Positions 1-9,747 of a stretch of 64,000 bases of DNA are shown here, one piece after another. The position numbers were made by a program, and so were the translations under genes. How positions within the stretch are numbered: the first letter of the stretch is position 1; each line of letters opens with the position of its first letter. Below the pieces are notes generated by a model. It worked only from the letters and a program-made list of their open reading frames with translations, was not told where the DNA came from and did not search any database. Origin of the DNA: Ignavibacteria bacterium (GTDB taxonomy: Bacteria; Bacteroidota; Ignavibacteria; Tepidaquicellales; Tepidaquicellaceae); assembly GCA_036508135.1 (NCBI GenBank), contig DATCHW010000016.1, positions 2,500-66,499 of the forward strand, written 5' to 3'.

Positions 1-52
1 TTTTTGAAGTTTAAATAATAAATTTCTCAAACTCCCGGAAAGGAATTTCCTC

Positions 53-529
53 ATGAAAAAAATTATAAAATTTAATCTTAACGGAAAACCGGTAACTCTC
101 GATGTGGATATTGAGCGTAAATTAATCTGGGTATTACGTGTTGACCTCGGATTGACAGGGACAAAATACGGCTGTGGTGAAAGTTATTGCGGAGCCTGCA
201 CAGTTATCGTAAATGATAACGCAGAAAGGTCTTGTCAAATGACTATTCAGGATGTGCAGGATAAAGATGTTATCACAATTGAGGGTCTTTCAAAAGGTGA
301 TGAACTTCATCCTTTACAAAAAGCTTTCATTGAACACGATGCACTACAATGCGGATATTGCACACCGGGAATGATAATGAATGCATACTCACTTCTAAAG
401 AAAAATCCAAAGCCATCAATACAAGAAATCAAAGCCGGTATGGAAGATAATCTGTGCCGTTGCGGAGCACATAAGCGTATAATTGACGCTATCCAATCAG
501 CAGCAATGGAAACGAAAGGAGTAAATTAA
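53..529 (+). CDS. (2Fe-2S)-binding small subunit of a molybdenum hydroxylase (aldehyde oxidase/xanthine dehydrogenase family, IorA-like)
   Basis: 158 aa. Cys clusters CGESYCGAC and CGYCTPG...CRCG are typical of the [2Fe-2S] subunit. Its stop lies 1 nt from the start of the large subunit. Confidence 0.85.
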   Translation: MKKIIKFNLNGKPVTLDVDIERKLIWVLRVDLGLTGTKYGCGESYCGACTVIVNDNAERSCQMTIQDVQDKDVITIEGLSKGDELHPLQKAFIEHDALQCGYCTPGMIMNAYSLLKKNPKPSIQEIKAGMEDNLCRCGAHKRIIDAIQSAAMETKGVN

Positions 530-530
530 T

Positions 531-2687
531 ATGGAAAAGAATGATAACATTTATGAAGAAATTACGGAAGAAAAAAAAGAATATAAAATAAGCAGGCGCT
601 CTTTTATAAAAATGACCGGCGGAGGGATTTTATTATACTTCACTTTAGGAAATTTATCTTTGTTTGACTGGGAAGAAAATGTACTGGCGCAGCAAATGCC
701 ATCTGACTTTAATGCATATCTGAAAATCGGTACAGATGGAAGGGTAACCCTCTTTACCGGTAAAATTGAAATGGGACAGGGTGTGGTAACATCACTCGGT
801 CAAATGCTTGCTGATGAACTTGATGTTGTACTCGAAAATGTTGATATGGTAATGGGAGATACAGATTTATGTCCGTGGGATATGGGGACTTTCGGTTCTA
901 TGTCTACCCCCGTATTTGGAACTGAACTCAGGAAAGCAGGCGCTCAGGCAAGAAGGGTACTACTGGAAATGGGAGCGGAAAATTTAAAAGTTCCTTTAGA
1001 AGATCTTGAAATTAACAATGGAGTCATTTTTAGCAGTAAAAATAAAAATTTAAAAATTTCATATTCTGAACTTGCAAAAGGAAATAAAATTGACAGGCAG
1101 CCAACAGGAGAAACGGAAATAAAAAAACCTTCTGAATTAAAAATAATAAATAAAAGTTATAAAAGAAGAGATGCAATTGAAAAAGTAACCGGAAAAGCTA
1201 AATACACCGCAGATATTCAATTATCCAGAATGCTTTACGCTAAAATACTTCGTCCACCGGCACATAACGTAAAACTCCTGGAAGCAGATATATCCGAAGC
1301 GTCGCAGGTGGAAGGTGTTCAGGTAATAAGAGAACCGGACTTAATTGCAGTCCTGCATAAGTATCCTGATGTTGCAGAATTTGCTCTTTCAAAGATAAGG
1401 GCAAAATATGATAATCCTGAAATAAAGGTAGATGATAAAACAATTTTTGAACATCTTCTTAAAGTTGCACCCGAAGGACAAACAGTTGTAAAAGATGGCG
1501 ATATTAATATCGGAGAGCGGGATTCAAAAATATTATTTGACGAAACTTATTATAATGATTATGTCGCTCACTCACCAATAGAGCCGCATACGGCTGTTGC
1601 AAGTATTGAAAATGATAAAGTTACAGTTTGGGCATCAACCCAAACGCCGTTCAGGGCTAAGGATGATGTTGCAAAGGCACTTGATTTTCAACCGGAAAAT
1701 GTTCGTATTATCACCCCGTTTGTAGGCGGTGGATTTGGCGGAAAATCCAGAAACCTGCAGGTTGTTGAAGCTGCCCGTCTTGCAAAGCTTTGTGGTAAAC
1801 CTATACAGGTGGCATGGACCCGGAAAGAAGAATTTTTTTATGATTCTTTCAGACCTGCTGCAATAATTAAAATACGTTCAGGTATATCAGATGAAGGTAA
1901 AATTAATTTATGGGATTATAATGTTTATTATGCCGGCGATAGAGGGTCAAAGCAATTTTATAACATTCCAAATCATCAAACCATTGCATACGGATCAGGC
2001 TGGACAGGTGTCCCCGGCTCACATCCTTTTGCAACAGGACCATGGCGTGCACCCGGAGCTAATTCCAACACATTTGCAAGGGAATCCCAGATAGACATTA
2101 TGGCATCAAAAGCAGGTATCGACCCGCTTGAATTCCGCTTACAAAACCTGACAGATAAAAGAATGATTCGGGTTCTAAAAACTGCTGCTGATGAATTCGG
2201 ATGGAAACCCATGAAAGCTCCGAGCGGCAGAGGTTACGGTATTTCCTGTGCAATAGAAGTGGGGACTTATGTTGCAAGCATTGCAGAAATTGAAGCAGAT
2301 AAATTAACGGGTAAGGTGAAAGCGAAGCGTGTAGTTTGTGCTCAGGATATGGGACTTGTAATTAATCCGGAAGGAGCAACTATGCAAATGGAAGGATGTA
2401 TTACGATGGGACTTGGTTATGCACTTAGTGAAGGCATTCATTTTAAAGGTGAAGAGGTTCTTGATCTTAATTTTGATACATATAACATCCCGCGATTTTC
2501 CTGGTTACCTGAAATTAAAACAATACTTATAGATAATAAAGAATCAGAAGCGTTAGGCGGTGGTGAGCCTCCAATTGTAAATATGGGTGCCTTAATTGCC
2601 AATGCAATATATGATGCAATAGGAATCAGAATGTTCCAGCTTCCGATGACTCCCGAAAGAATAAAGGAGGCTATTAAAAAAGATTAG
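531..2687 (+). CDS. Molybdopterin-binding large subunit of a molybdenum hydroxylase (IorB-like), Tat-exported
   Basis: 718 aa. Twin-arginine signal SRRSFIKMTGGG. Aldehyde oxidase/xanthine dehydrogenase-type motifs (GQGVVTSLGQM, FVGGGFGGK, GGGEPP). Translationally coupled to 53..529. Confidence 0.85.
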   Translation: MEKNDNIYEEITEEKKEYKISRRSFIKMTGGGILLYFTLGNLSLFDWEENVLAQQMPSDFNAYLKIGTDGRVTLFTGKIEMGQGVVTSLGQMLADELDVVLENVDMVMGDTDLCPWDMGTFGSMSTPVFGTELRKAGAQARRVLLEMGAENLKVPLEDLEINNGVIFSSKNKNLKISYSELAKGNKIDRQPTGETEIKKPSELKIINKSYKRRDAIEKVTGKAKYTADIQLSRMLYAKILRPPAHNVKLLEADISEASQVEGVQVIREPDLIAVLHKYPDVAEFALSKIRAKYDNPEIKVDDKTIFEHLLKVAPEGQTVVKDGDINIGERDSKILFDETYYNDYVAHSPIEPHTAVASIENDKVTVWASTQTPFRAKDDVAKALDFQPENVRIITPFVGGGFGGKSRNLQVVEAARLAKLCGKPIQVAWTRKEEFFYDSFRPAAIIKIRSGISDEGKINLWDYNVYYAGDRGSKQFYNIPNHQTIAYGSGWTGVPGSHPFATGPWRAPGANSNTFARESQIDIMASKAGIDPLEFRLQNLTDKRMIRVLKTAADEFGWKPMKAPSGRGYGISCAIEVGTYVASIAEIEADKLTGKVKAKRVVCAQDMGLVINPEGATMQMEGCITMGLGYALSEGIHFKGEEVLDLNFDTYNIPRFSWLPEIKTILIDNKESEALGGGEPPIVNMGALIANAIYDAIGIRMFQLPMTPERIKEAIKKD

Positions 2688-3030
2688 TAAACAAAATATT
2701 ATTTTGGAAAACAACATTACAAATCCGGAATAATTACTTAATAAAAGCAATAGAAACCAAATCTCAGGCACATTACCATTTGGGCAATGATTTAGAAAAA
2801 CAAGTAGTTGTGTCTAAGTTTTTCAACCCAACCGGTGCAGGAACGTAATGTAACAGCTATTCTAATCATAGCTGCTTCGGGTTATTTTGTATATAACGCG
2901 AGACTAATCACACTCTCTTTTCAAGTCCGGATATTTCTGAGATTGTCTTTTTTTTAGTAATATTAAGTTAATAGAGATTCTTCTTAAATTAGATTATTTT
3001 TACATATATTATTTAAAACTAAAATCTAGT

Positions 3031-4665
3031 ATGAAAAAATTTTTTTCACTTTTATTAGTTTATGTTTTTTGCAATTCTATTGTATTAGCATATACGGGAG
3101 AGATAATAAAATCGATTAACACACCCGGAAAATTTCCAACCGGAATTTGTTATGATGGAAAGAATTTGTGGGTCGCCGACAGAGAAACTGATAAAATTTA
3201 TTACATTAATCCTGATGATGGAAATATTATCAGAGAAATAGAATCTCCTGCTTATTGGCCTATGGGATTAGCCTGGGATGGACAGTATCTCTGGAATGCA
3301 GATTTCAGAGGATTAACAGACAATTCGGAAGAATATAACGGATTGATATTTAAAATTGACCCGCTGGATGGAACAATTTTAAAAACTCTACAATCTCCGA
3401 CAAAAAGCCCCATCGGACTAACATGGGACGGAAAGTATTTGTGGTGTGTTGATGATAAAGCAGATAAAGTAATACAGTTCAGTCCGGTTGACGGAACTAC
3501 TATAAAATCATTCCAATCACCGGCTGCAGATCCGACCGGAATATGTTTCGACGGAACATATTTATGGATTTCTGACAGGATTACAGATGAAATTTATATG
3601 GTCGACCCTAATTCAGGTATTGTGATTATTATCGCCGATGCACCTGGAAAATATGTTCACGGGCTTGCGGTAGATAATAATAAATTATGGGCAGTGGATT
3701 ATGAAGACGGCAAAATATATCAATTAAAAATTCGGGATAATGAAAAAATGTACCAAAAAAATGCTCAATATCACAAAGTAATGTTTCGACACAGCGTTAA
3801 ATGTTTCGGACCAGGAAAAATTAAAACGCTTGATGTAAATATAGCACTCGCAGAAAACAGGGATAACCAGACAATACTGGAAGACATTAAGTTCAACATT
3901 CCACCGACAGATATTTTGACAGATAAGTGGGGACAGAAAACAGCCTGGTTTAGTTTCAGAGATGTAAAACCGGGAGAAAGTAAGGATATTATCGTTGAAA
4001 CAATTTTCCAATCTTTCGAGGTAAGATATTTTATTTATCCTGAATTTGTTGGTTCATTAGAAAGTATTCCCGCAGACATAAAAGAAAGATATTTAGAGGA
4101 TGATGAAAAGTATCAGATTCACAATGAAATAATTCAAAAGGCATTAAAAGAGGCAGTAGGTGATGAAAAAAATCCTTACTGGATTATGAGGAAAATACAT
4201 CAGTACGTGATAGGTCATTTACATTATCTTATGGATGGGATGTGGGATACAGCACCTACTGTGTTAACTAATACACATGGTTCCTGTTCTGAATATTCTT
4301 TTGTATTCATTTCTCTATGCAAAGCTGCAGGACTCCCAACGAGGTATGTAGGATCGACCTGGATTAAGAAAGACGAAAAAAGTACGGATGAAGTTTACCA
4401 CAGATGGGTCGAAGTATATCTTCCAAATTACGGATGGATACCGACAGACCCTACACACGGAGACAGAGATTCCCCGCGAGATCAGGCATTTCCAATAGGT
4501 TATGTCAGCAACTCAGCTTTGATAACAACACAGTCAGGAGGAGGTTCAGAGTCACTGGAATGGACATATAACAGTAATATCAGCTATACAACTGAGCCCA
4601 AAACCAATTTGAACATAACTCATTTTGCAGATTGGGAACCTGTGGATAAGACAAAGTATAAATAA
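3031..4665 (+). CDS. Secreted beta-propeller repeat / transglutaminase-like domain protein
   Basis: 544 aa with a signal peptide. About six ~45-aa repeats (P.G...DG..LW..D...D.I). C-terminal transglutaminase core Cys/His/Asp (GSCSEYSF, HRWVEVYL, GWIPTDPT). Confidence 0.8.
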   Translation: MKKFFSLLLVYVFCNSIVLAYTGEIIKSINTPGKFPTGICYDGKNLWVADRETDKIYYINPDDGNIIREIESPAYWPMGLAWDGQYLWNADFRGLTDNSEEYNGLIFKIDPLDGTILKTLQSPTKSPIGLTWDGKYLWCVDDKADKVIQFSPVDGTTIKSFQSPAADPTGICFDGTYLWISDRITDEIYMVDPNSGIVIIIADAPGKYVHGLAVDNNKLWAVDYEDGKIYQLKIRDNEKMYQKNAQYHKVMFRHSVKCFGPGKIKTLDVNIALAENRDNQTILEDIKFNIPPTDILTDKWGQKTAWFSFRDVKPGESKDIIVETIFQSFEVRYFIYPEFVGSLESIPADIKERYLEDDEKYQIHNEIIQKALKEAVGDEKNPYWIMRKIHQYVIGHLHYLMDGMWDTAPTVLTNTHGSCSEYSFVFISLCKAAGLPTRYVGSTWIKKDEKSTDEVYHRWVEVYLPNYGWIPTDPTHGDRDSPRDQAFPIGYVSNSALITTQSGGGSESLEWTYNSNISYTTEPKTNLNITHFADWEPVDKTKYK

Positions 4666-4872
4666 AATTCGTACTGGAATTTAATTAACCAAGACCCTGA
4701 TCATTGCTGGGGAATCTTCCACATATTTGAAACCGAAGTTGGCAGTTTTTCGAAATCGGAGTTGGTGGATTTTCGAAGTAAGTTTGGATTAGATATTGAG
4801 AGAGATTTATACTTTGAGGAGGTGAACGCAAAAGAACTTTATGAAAGTTTATTTAATGTAAAAAAGGGCTAA
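4666..4872 (+). other. In-frame open extension after the stop of 3031..4665 (truncated C-terminus or gene remnant)
   Basis: 68 sense codons without Met continue in the same frame directly after the TAA at 4663-4665. The peptide is protein-like (..DPDHCWGIFHIFETEVGSFSKSELVDF..). The second stop sits inside the terminator hairpin. Confidence 0.3.
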
Positions 4873-4884
4873 CTACCCTTTTTT
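4860..4884 (+). terminator. Rho-independent terminator
   Basis: AAAAAGGG-ctaacta-CCCTTTTTT hairpin followed by a T-run. Confidence 0.6.
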
Positions 4885-5208
4885 GATATTTGTAGTTCCT
4901 AAGGTTACGAGGATTGTTCGGATTCTCACTACGTTTTCGCTACGTTATCACTCCGTTGGGATTCAGCAAAACTCGACCCCCGGTAGAGCAAGAATAGTTA
5001 TTCTTTTTATTATTTAGTATTCAAGATTGTTCTAAATCCTTTATTAAATTAATCATTTTTCACAACTTAAAACACATTAGCGAGGAAAATCAATAATTCA
5101 ATAAAAATGATTAAGAAGAATATATCATCAAAACAAGATTTGTTTTGATTTATTGAATTTTATTGATTTCCATAACCTAATTCTATTTAATAAACTGAAA
5201 AATTACTA

Positions 5209-7431
5209 ATGAAAAATTTCATTACTAATAGCTCCCAGAATAATCTTAAAAAGCGACTTACCGAACTCATCAAGAACTCAGATGAATTAAAATTCCTTGT
5301 TGGTTTCTTTTACTTTTCGGGAATAAGAGAGTTATATGATAGTCTTGTTAAAAATCCTGACACAATCGTAAAAGTTCTTGTCGGATTGAATGTGGATAAA
5401 TTAAACTATAATCTTATAGAATACGAAGAAAACGAAAATGAATTATCCGATGCTGAAAGAAGTTACAATTTTTTTGAATCCGTAAAGAAATCACTCAATA
5501 ATGAACAATTCGACACTAAGGAATTTTATAAACAGGTCCGTTATTTTCTTAAATTAATTAAAGATGGTAAATTAATAATCCGGAAAACATATGAACCAAA
5601 TCATGCCAAAATATATATATTCAAATTAAACGATTCACAAGTCGGAAGAAGAAACTTATTCATAACAGGAAGCAGTAACTTAACAAGAGCGGGATTAACA
5701 ACACAGGAGGAATTCAACGTTGAACTAAGCGATTACGGTTTTGAAGATACTGAAGAATATTTTGATTCTCTTTGGGAAAAAGCTGTTAAAATCACAGAGG
5801 ATGACACTACAAAGAAAAGATTGATTGAGGTAATAGAAAAAGAGACGTTAGTCAAAGATATAACTCCTTATGAAGCTTTTGTTTTGGTTCTAAAATGTTA
5901 TCTCGATTCTTTTGAACAAAAAGAGATTGGCGAATCGCTCATTAACACTTTAATAAAAAATGATTATAAACCCTACAGTTATCAATTAGACGCAGTAAAA
6001 CAAGGTCTTGCAATAATTGAAAAGAACAATGGTGTTATGATAGCCGATGTTGTTGGTCTCGGAAAAACCATTATCGCGTGTTCAATAGCAAAAGAATTAA
6101 GAAAACGCGGATTAGTTATTTGCCCTCCGGGGCTGATAGGTGATAAAAATAAAAATTCAGGATGGAAAAAATATTCGGAAGAATTTGGATTGCAGGATTG
6201 GGAAATTCGTTCTTCAGGTGACCTTGAAAATATCGCTGAAATAATGAAAAAACTAAAAGATATAGAGGTTGTAATTATAGACGAAGCTCACAGATTCAGA
6301 AATCAAGATACACAGGATTACGAATATTTAAAAAATTTATGCAGGGATAAAATCGTTATACTTCTAACGGCAACCCCTTTTAACAACAGACCGGGTGATA
6401 TACTTTCACTTCTTAAATTATTTATAACCCCGAAAAAGTCAAGCATTACACTTGAAGATAATCTGGTTGACAAATTTAAAATATTTAAAGGACTTTTTGA
6501 CCGTTTGGGATATATTAAAAAATATCATAGTTCAAAAGATGAAAGTAAAAGAGCAAAAGCTCAAAATTATTATAAAGGACTGTTTGAAGAGAATGTAATA
6601 GATTTAAAGAAAGTAAAACAACGCTCCCAATATTTAGCAAAACAAATCAGAGATGTGATAGAGCCTGTAACGATAAGAAGAAACAGGATTGACCTTCAAA
6701 ATAATCCATTCTACAAAGAAGAGGTAAAAGAATTATCAATCATAAAAGACCCGCAAGAATGGTATTTTGAACTGACGAAAGAACAATCAATATTTTATGA
6801 TAAAATCTTAACGCAGTATTTTGCAGACCCTGACGAAGGCGGGCTATTCAAAGGTGCGATATACAGACCATTTGATTATGAGCAGAAAATAGAAGACGAG
6901 AAAAAATTGAATGACAAGCAGAACTTTGAAAGACTGCAACAAAGAAACTTATTTGACTTTATGAGAAGGCTGCTGGTAAAAAGATTTGAAAGCTCTTTTG
7001 GGTCGTTCAAATGCAGTTTAGATAATTTTCATAACATTACAAAAATAGTCAAAGAATTTATTATTAACTCAAAAGGTAAGTTTATACTTGACAGGAAACT
7101 AATAAGGGATATTTATGAAGATAATATTGATGGTATTGAAAAAGCATTGCTTGAATATTCTGAAAAACTTACCGCAGGTGCCTATCCCAAAAACTACAAA
7201 ATATATGATGTAAATAAATTCGATAAAAAAGATGAGTTTCTTTCAGATATCGAATCGGATATAAATCTATTTGATAAAATATTAAAGGAATTAATTGAGT
7301 TAAAATTAGTAGATAACGATCCCAAAACGGATTGTTTGTTAAAAAATCTTGACAAAGTATTAAATGAAAAGCCCAAGAAGGACGAGCCCAAAAGAAAAGT
7401 CATAATATTTTCCGAATATACGATACAGTGA
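5209..7431 (+). CDS. PLD-family nuclease domain fused to SNF2/SF2 helicase, N-terminal part (gene interrupted by a frameshift)
   Basis: 740 aa. HKD motif (HAKIYIF...GSSNLTRAGL). Helicase motif I (VVGLGKT), II (VIIDEAHRFRN) and III (LLTATPFNN). The ORF stops between the two RecA lobes. Confidence 0.8.
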   Translation: MKNFITNSSQNNLKKRLTELIKNSDELKFLVGFFYFSGIRELYDSLVKNPDTIVKVLVGLNVDKLNYNLIEYEENENELSDAERSYNFFESVKKSLNNEQFDTKEFYKQVRYFLKLIKDGKLIIRKTYEPNHAKIYIFKLNDSQVGRRNLFITGSSNLTRAGLTTQEEFNVELSDYGFEDTEEYFDSLWEKAVKITEDDTTKKRLIEVIEKETLVKDITPYEAFVLVLKCYLDSFEQKEIGESLINTLIKNDYKPYSYQLDAVKQGLAIIEKNNGVMIADVVGLGKTIIACSIAKELRKRGLVICPPGLIGDKNKNSGWKKYSEEFGLQDWEIRSSGDLENIAEIMKKLKDIEVVIIDEAHRFRNQDTQDYEYLKNLCRDKIVILLTATPFNNRPGDILSLLKLFITPKKSSITLEDNLVDKFKIFKGLFDRLGYIKKYHSSKDESKRAKAQNYYKGLFEENVIDLKKVKQRSQYLAKQIRDVIEPVTIRRNRIDLQNNPFYKEEVKELSIIKDPQEWYFELTKEQSIFYDKILTQYFADPDEGGLFKGAIYRPFDYEQKIEDEKKLNDKQNFERLQQRNLFDFMRRLLVKRFESSFGSFKCSLDNFHNITKIVKEFIINSKGKFILDRKLIRDIYEDNIDGIEKALLEYSEKLTAGAYPKNYKIYDVNKFDKKDEFLSDIESDINLFDKILKELIELKLVDNDPKTDCLLKNLDKVLNEKPKKDEPKRKVIIFSEYTIQ

Positions 7432-8555
7432 AATATTTAGAACCGTACTTAAAAAAATATAAAGAAAGATTATTAATTATTACGGGTGATCTGTCTGCCA
7501 GTAAAATAATTTTAATAAATAAAAACTTCGACGCATCTTATAAAGATTCGGAAGATAACTGTGATATACTTTTATCTTCGGATAAGATTTCGGAAGGATT
7601 TAATCTGAACCGAGCAGGATTGGTCATAAATTATGATATCCCCCGGAATCCGGTGAGAGTAATACAAAGAGTAGGGCGTATCAACCGAATCAGTAAAAAG
7701 GTTTTTGATGACTTATTTATAGTAAATTTCTTTCCGACAGAAAAAGGTGCCGAACTTGTTAAATCGAGAGAGATAGCAAGCAATAAAATGTTTCTTATAC
7801 ATAACACTTTAGGAGAAGATTCTAAAATTTTTGACATATATGAAGAGCCTTCACCATCGGGATTATTTAACAAAATACAAACAAATCCCGACAAACTTGA
7901 AGAAGAAAGTTTTTATACAAAAGCTTTAAAGAAATATATCGAGATTAAAAACGAAAATCCTGACCCGGAAAGTGATTTAAGTAAATTCCCACCAAGAATT
8001 AAAGTTGCGAAGCAATATAATGAAAACGAATTGATTGTATTCCTGAGAAAAGGAAGAATGTATATAAACATTGCAAAAGTAAATGAAGACGGGAAAGAAG
8101 TTATAAACAGTTCCACCTTTGAAGAAGTATTCGAAAAAATAGAATGCTCAAAAGACGAAAAAGGAATTAAATTAAGCGACGAATTCTGGGAATTATATGA
8201 AAAGGTAAAAAATTATAAAGGAATAAGGAGTTTATCCGATGCCGAGAAAAGTCTTGAGATGAAATCTGTCATTGCGTTAAAATCAATAATCACAAGGCCG
8301 TGTGATGAGGTTCTTCATCGTTTATCTTTTTTAAGAACTTTGCTTGAAGATATAAACAGTTACGGAACTCTTTCAGATTTCACTCTGAGAAGGATATCTA
8401 ACCTCGATATATTCACAGGGAAAAATCTAAAACCATCCATAACAAAAATCGAAGGATTGAGAAAAGAGCTCGGTGATAGTTATTTAGACAGGGAAAAAGA
8501 AAAACATATCAATCTTGCAAAGGAAATAATAATAGCGATAGAAAATGTAAAATAA
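7428..8555 (+). CDS. SNF2/SF2 helicase C-terminal lobe (continuation of 5209..7431 in another frame)
   Basis: 375 aa. Motifs V-VI (SEGFNLNRAG, VIQRVGRINR). The GTG start overlaps the previous stop by 4 nt. This frame is already open upstream of the junction (..YDTVKYLEP). Confidence 0.75.
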   Translation: MKYLEPYLKKYKERLLIITGDLSASKIILINKNFDASYKDSEDNCDILLSSDKISEGFNLNRAGLVINYDIPRNPVRVIQRVGRINRISKKVFDDLFIVNFFPTEKGAELVKSREIASNKMFLIHNTLGEDSKIFDIYEEPSPSGLFNKIQTNPDKLEEESFYTKALKKYIEIKNENPDPESDLSKFPPRIKVAKQYNENELIVFLRKGRMYINIAKVNEDGKEVINSSTFEEVFEKIECSKDEKGIKLSDEFWELYEKVKNYKGIRSLSDAEKSLEMKSVIALKSIITRPCDEVLHRLSFLRTLLEDINSYGTLSDFTLRRISNLDIFTGKNLKPSITKIEGLRKELGDSYLDREKEKHINLAKEIIIAIENVK

Positions 8556-8567
8556 TTAATAAAGGAA

Positions 8568-9743
8568 ATGAAATTCAAAAATTTACTTGGAGTTATAAAA
8601 ACAACTCAAGATGCTTTTTTAAAAAAACACAATCAATATGTAAACGTACTTTTATCTGTCAGAAATTGGTTATTAGGTTATTTCATTTTTGAATTTGAAC
8701 AAAAGGGAGAAGACAGAGCAGAATACGGCGAAGAATTGTTAATCAAGCTTTCAAAAGCATTACAAAAGGAGAAATATAAAGGGTTTTCAGAAACACAATT
8801 AATTATGTTTCGAAAATTCTACTTGAAATTTCCTGATTTTAAAACGACGATATTTAATCAACTAAAAACATTACAAATTCCCCTGACACTGTCGGATAAA
8901 TCAATTTTTAAAATTCCTCCGACAGCGTCAGAGGAATTCCGTGACAAGAATGAGTCAAACATGCCGGATAGCGTTAAACACAACAATAACAATATATTAA
9001 CTGGCACTGAAGTGTCGCAAAACCAATTAAATAATTTAGAAATATTATATAAATTAACTTTTTCACATTTTGTCGAATTATTAAAACTTGATTCCGGGCA
9101 AAAAATAAAATTCTATATATCTCAAACAATAAGCCTTAACTGGACCGTGAGGCAATTAAGGCGCGAAATTGAAAGTATGTTATATGAAAGAATAGGTCTT
9201 TCGAAAAATAAAAAACAAATGATTACGAACCTGCCTTCAGGTTTATCAGAAAGCCCTTTAGAACTTGTCAAAAATCCTTATGTCTTGGAATTTTTAGGAA
9301 TTGAAGAAAAAGCTGAATATTCTGAAAACGATCTTGAAAAAGCTATAATTGACAATTTACAAAAATTCCTCTTAGAATTAGGATACGGATTTTGTTTTGA
9401 AGCGAGACAAAAGCGAATTTTAATTGAAAATATTCAGTATAAAATCGATCTTGTTTTTTATCATCGGATATTAAAGTGTCACGTATTAATTGACCTGAAA
9501 GTTGGCTCATTCTCGCATGCGGATGCCGGGCAGATGAATTTCTATTTAAATCATTATAAATCCTGCGAAATGCATAACGGAGATAATCCTCCTATCGGAA
9601 TAATATTATGCGCTTACAAAAATGAAACCTTAGTAAAATACGCAACAGGTTCTCTTGATAAAGAAATATTTGTATCAAAATATTTGATAAACTTGCCTAA
9701 AGAAGACGAACTGAAAAAGTTAATCGAAAAGGATTTACCCTAA
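8568..9743 (+). CDS. DUF1016/YhcG-like PD-(D/E)xK nuclease family protein
   Basis: 391 aa. C-terminal core ..IDLVFYHRILKCHVLIDLKVG.. (D...D-L-K) and GQMNFYLN are typical of YhcG-type PDDEXK proteins, which are often embedded in R-M loci. Confidence 0.65.
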   Translation: MKFKNLLGVIKTTQDAFLKKHNQYVNVLLSVRNWLLGYFIFEFEQKGEDRAEYGEELLIKLSKALQKEKYKGFSETQLIMFRKFYLKFPDFKTTIFNQLKTLQIPLTLSDKSIFKIPPTASEEFRDKNESNMPDSVKHNNNNILTGTEVSQNQLNNLEILYKLTFSHFVELLKLDSGQKIKFYISQTISLNWTVRQLRREIESMLYERIGLSKNKKQMITNLPSGLSESPLELVKNPYVLEFLGIEEKAEYSENDLEKAIIDNLQKFLLELGYGFCFEARQKRILIENIQYKIDLVFYHRILKCHVLIDLKVGSFSHADAGQMNFYLNHYKSCEMHNGDNPPIGIILCAYKNETLVKYATGSLDKEIFVSKYLINLPKEDELKKLIEKDLP

Positions 9744-9747
9744 ATTT

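Noticed and set aside
2854-2874. Hairpin CAGCTAT-N7-ATAGCTG as the terminator of the molybdenum hydroxylase operon
   Set aside because: The stem is short, it lies 170 nt past the stop, and the T-run is poor. Not convincing enough to list.
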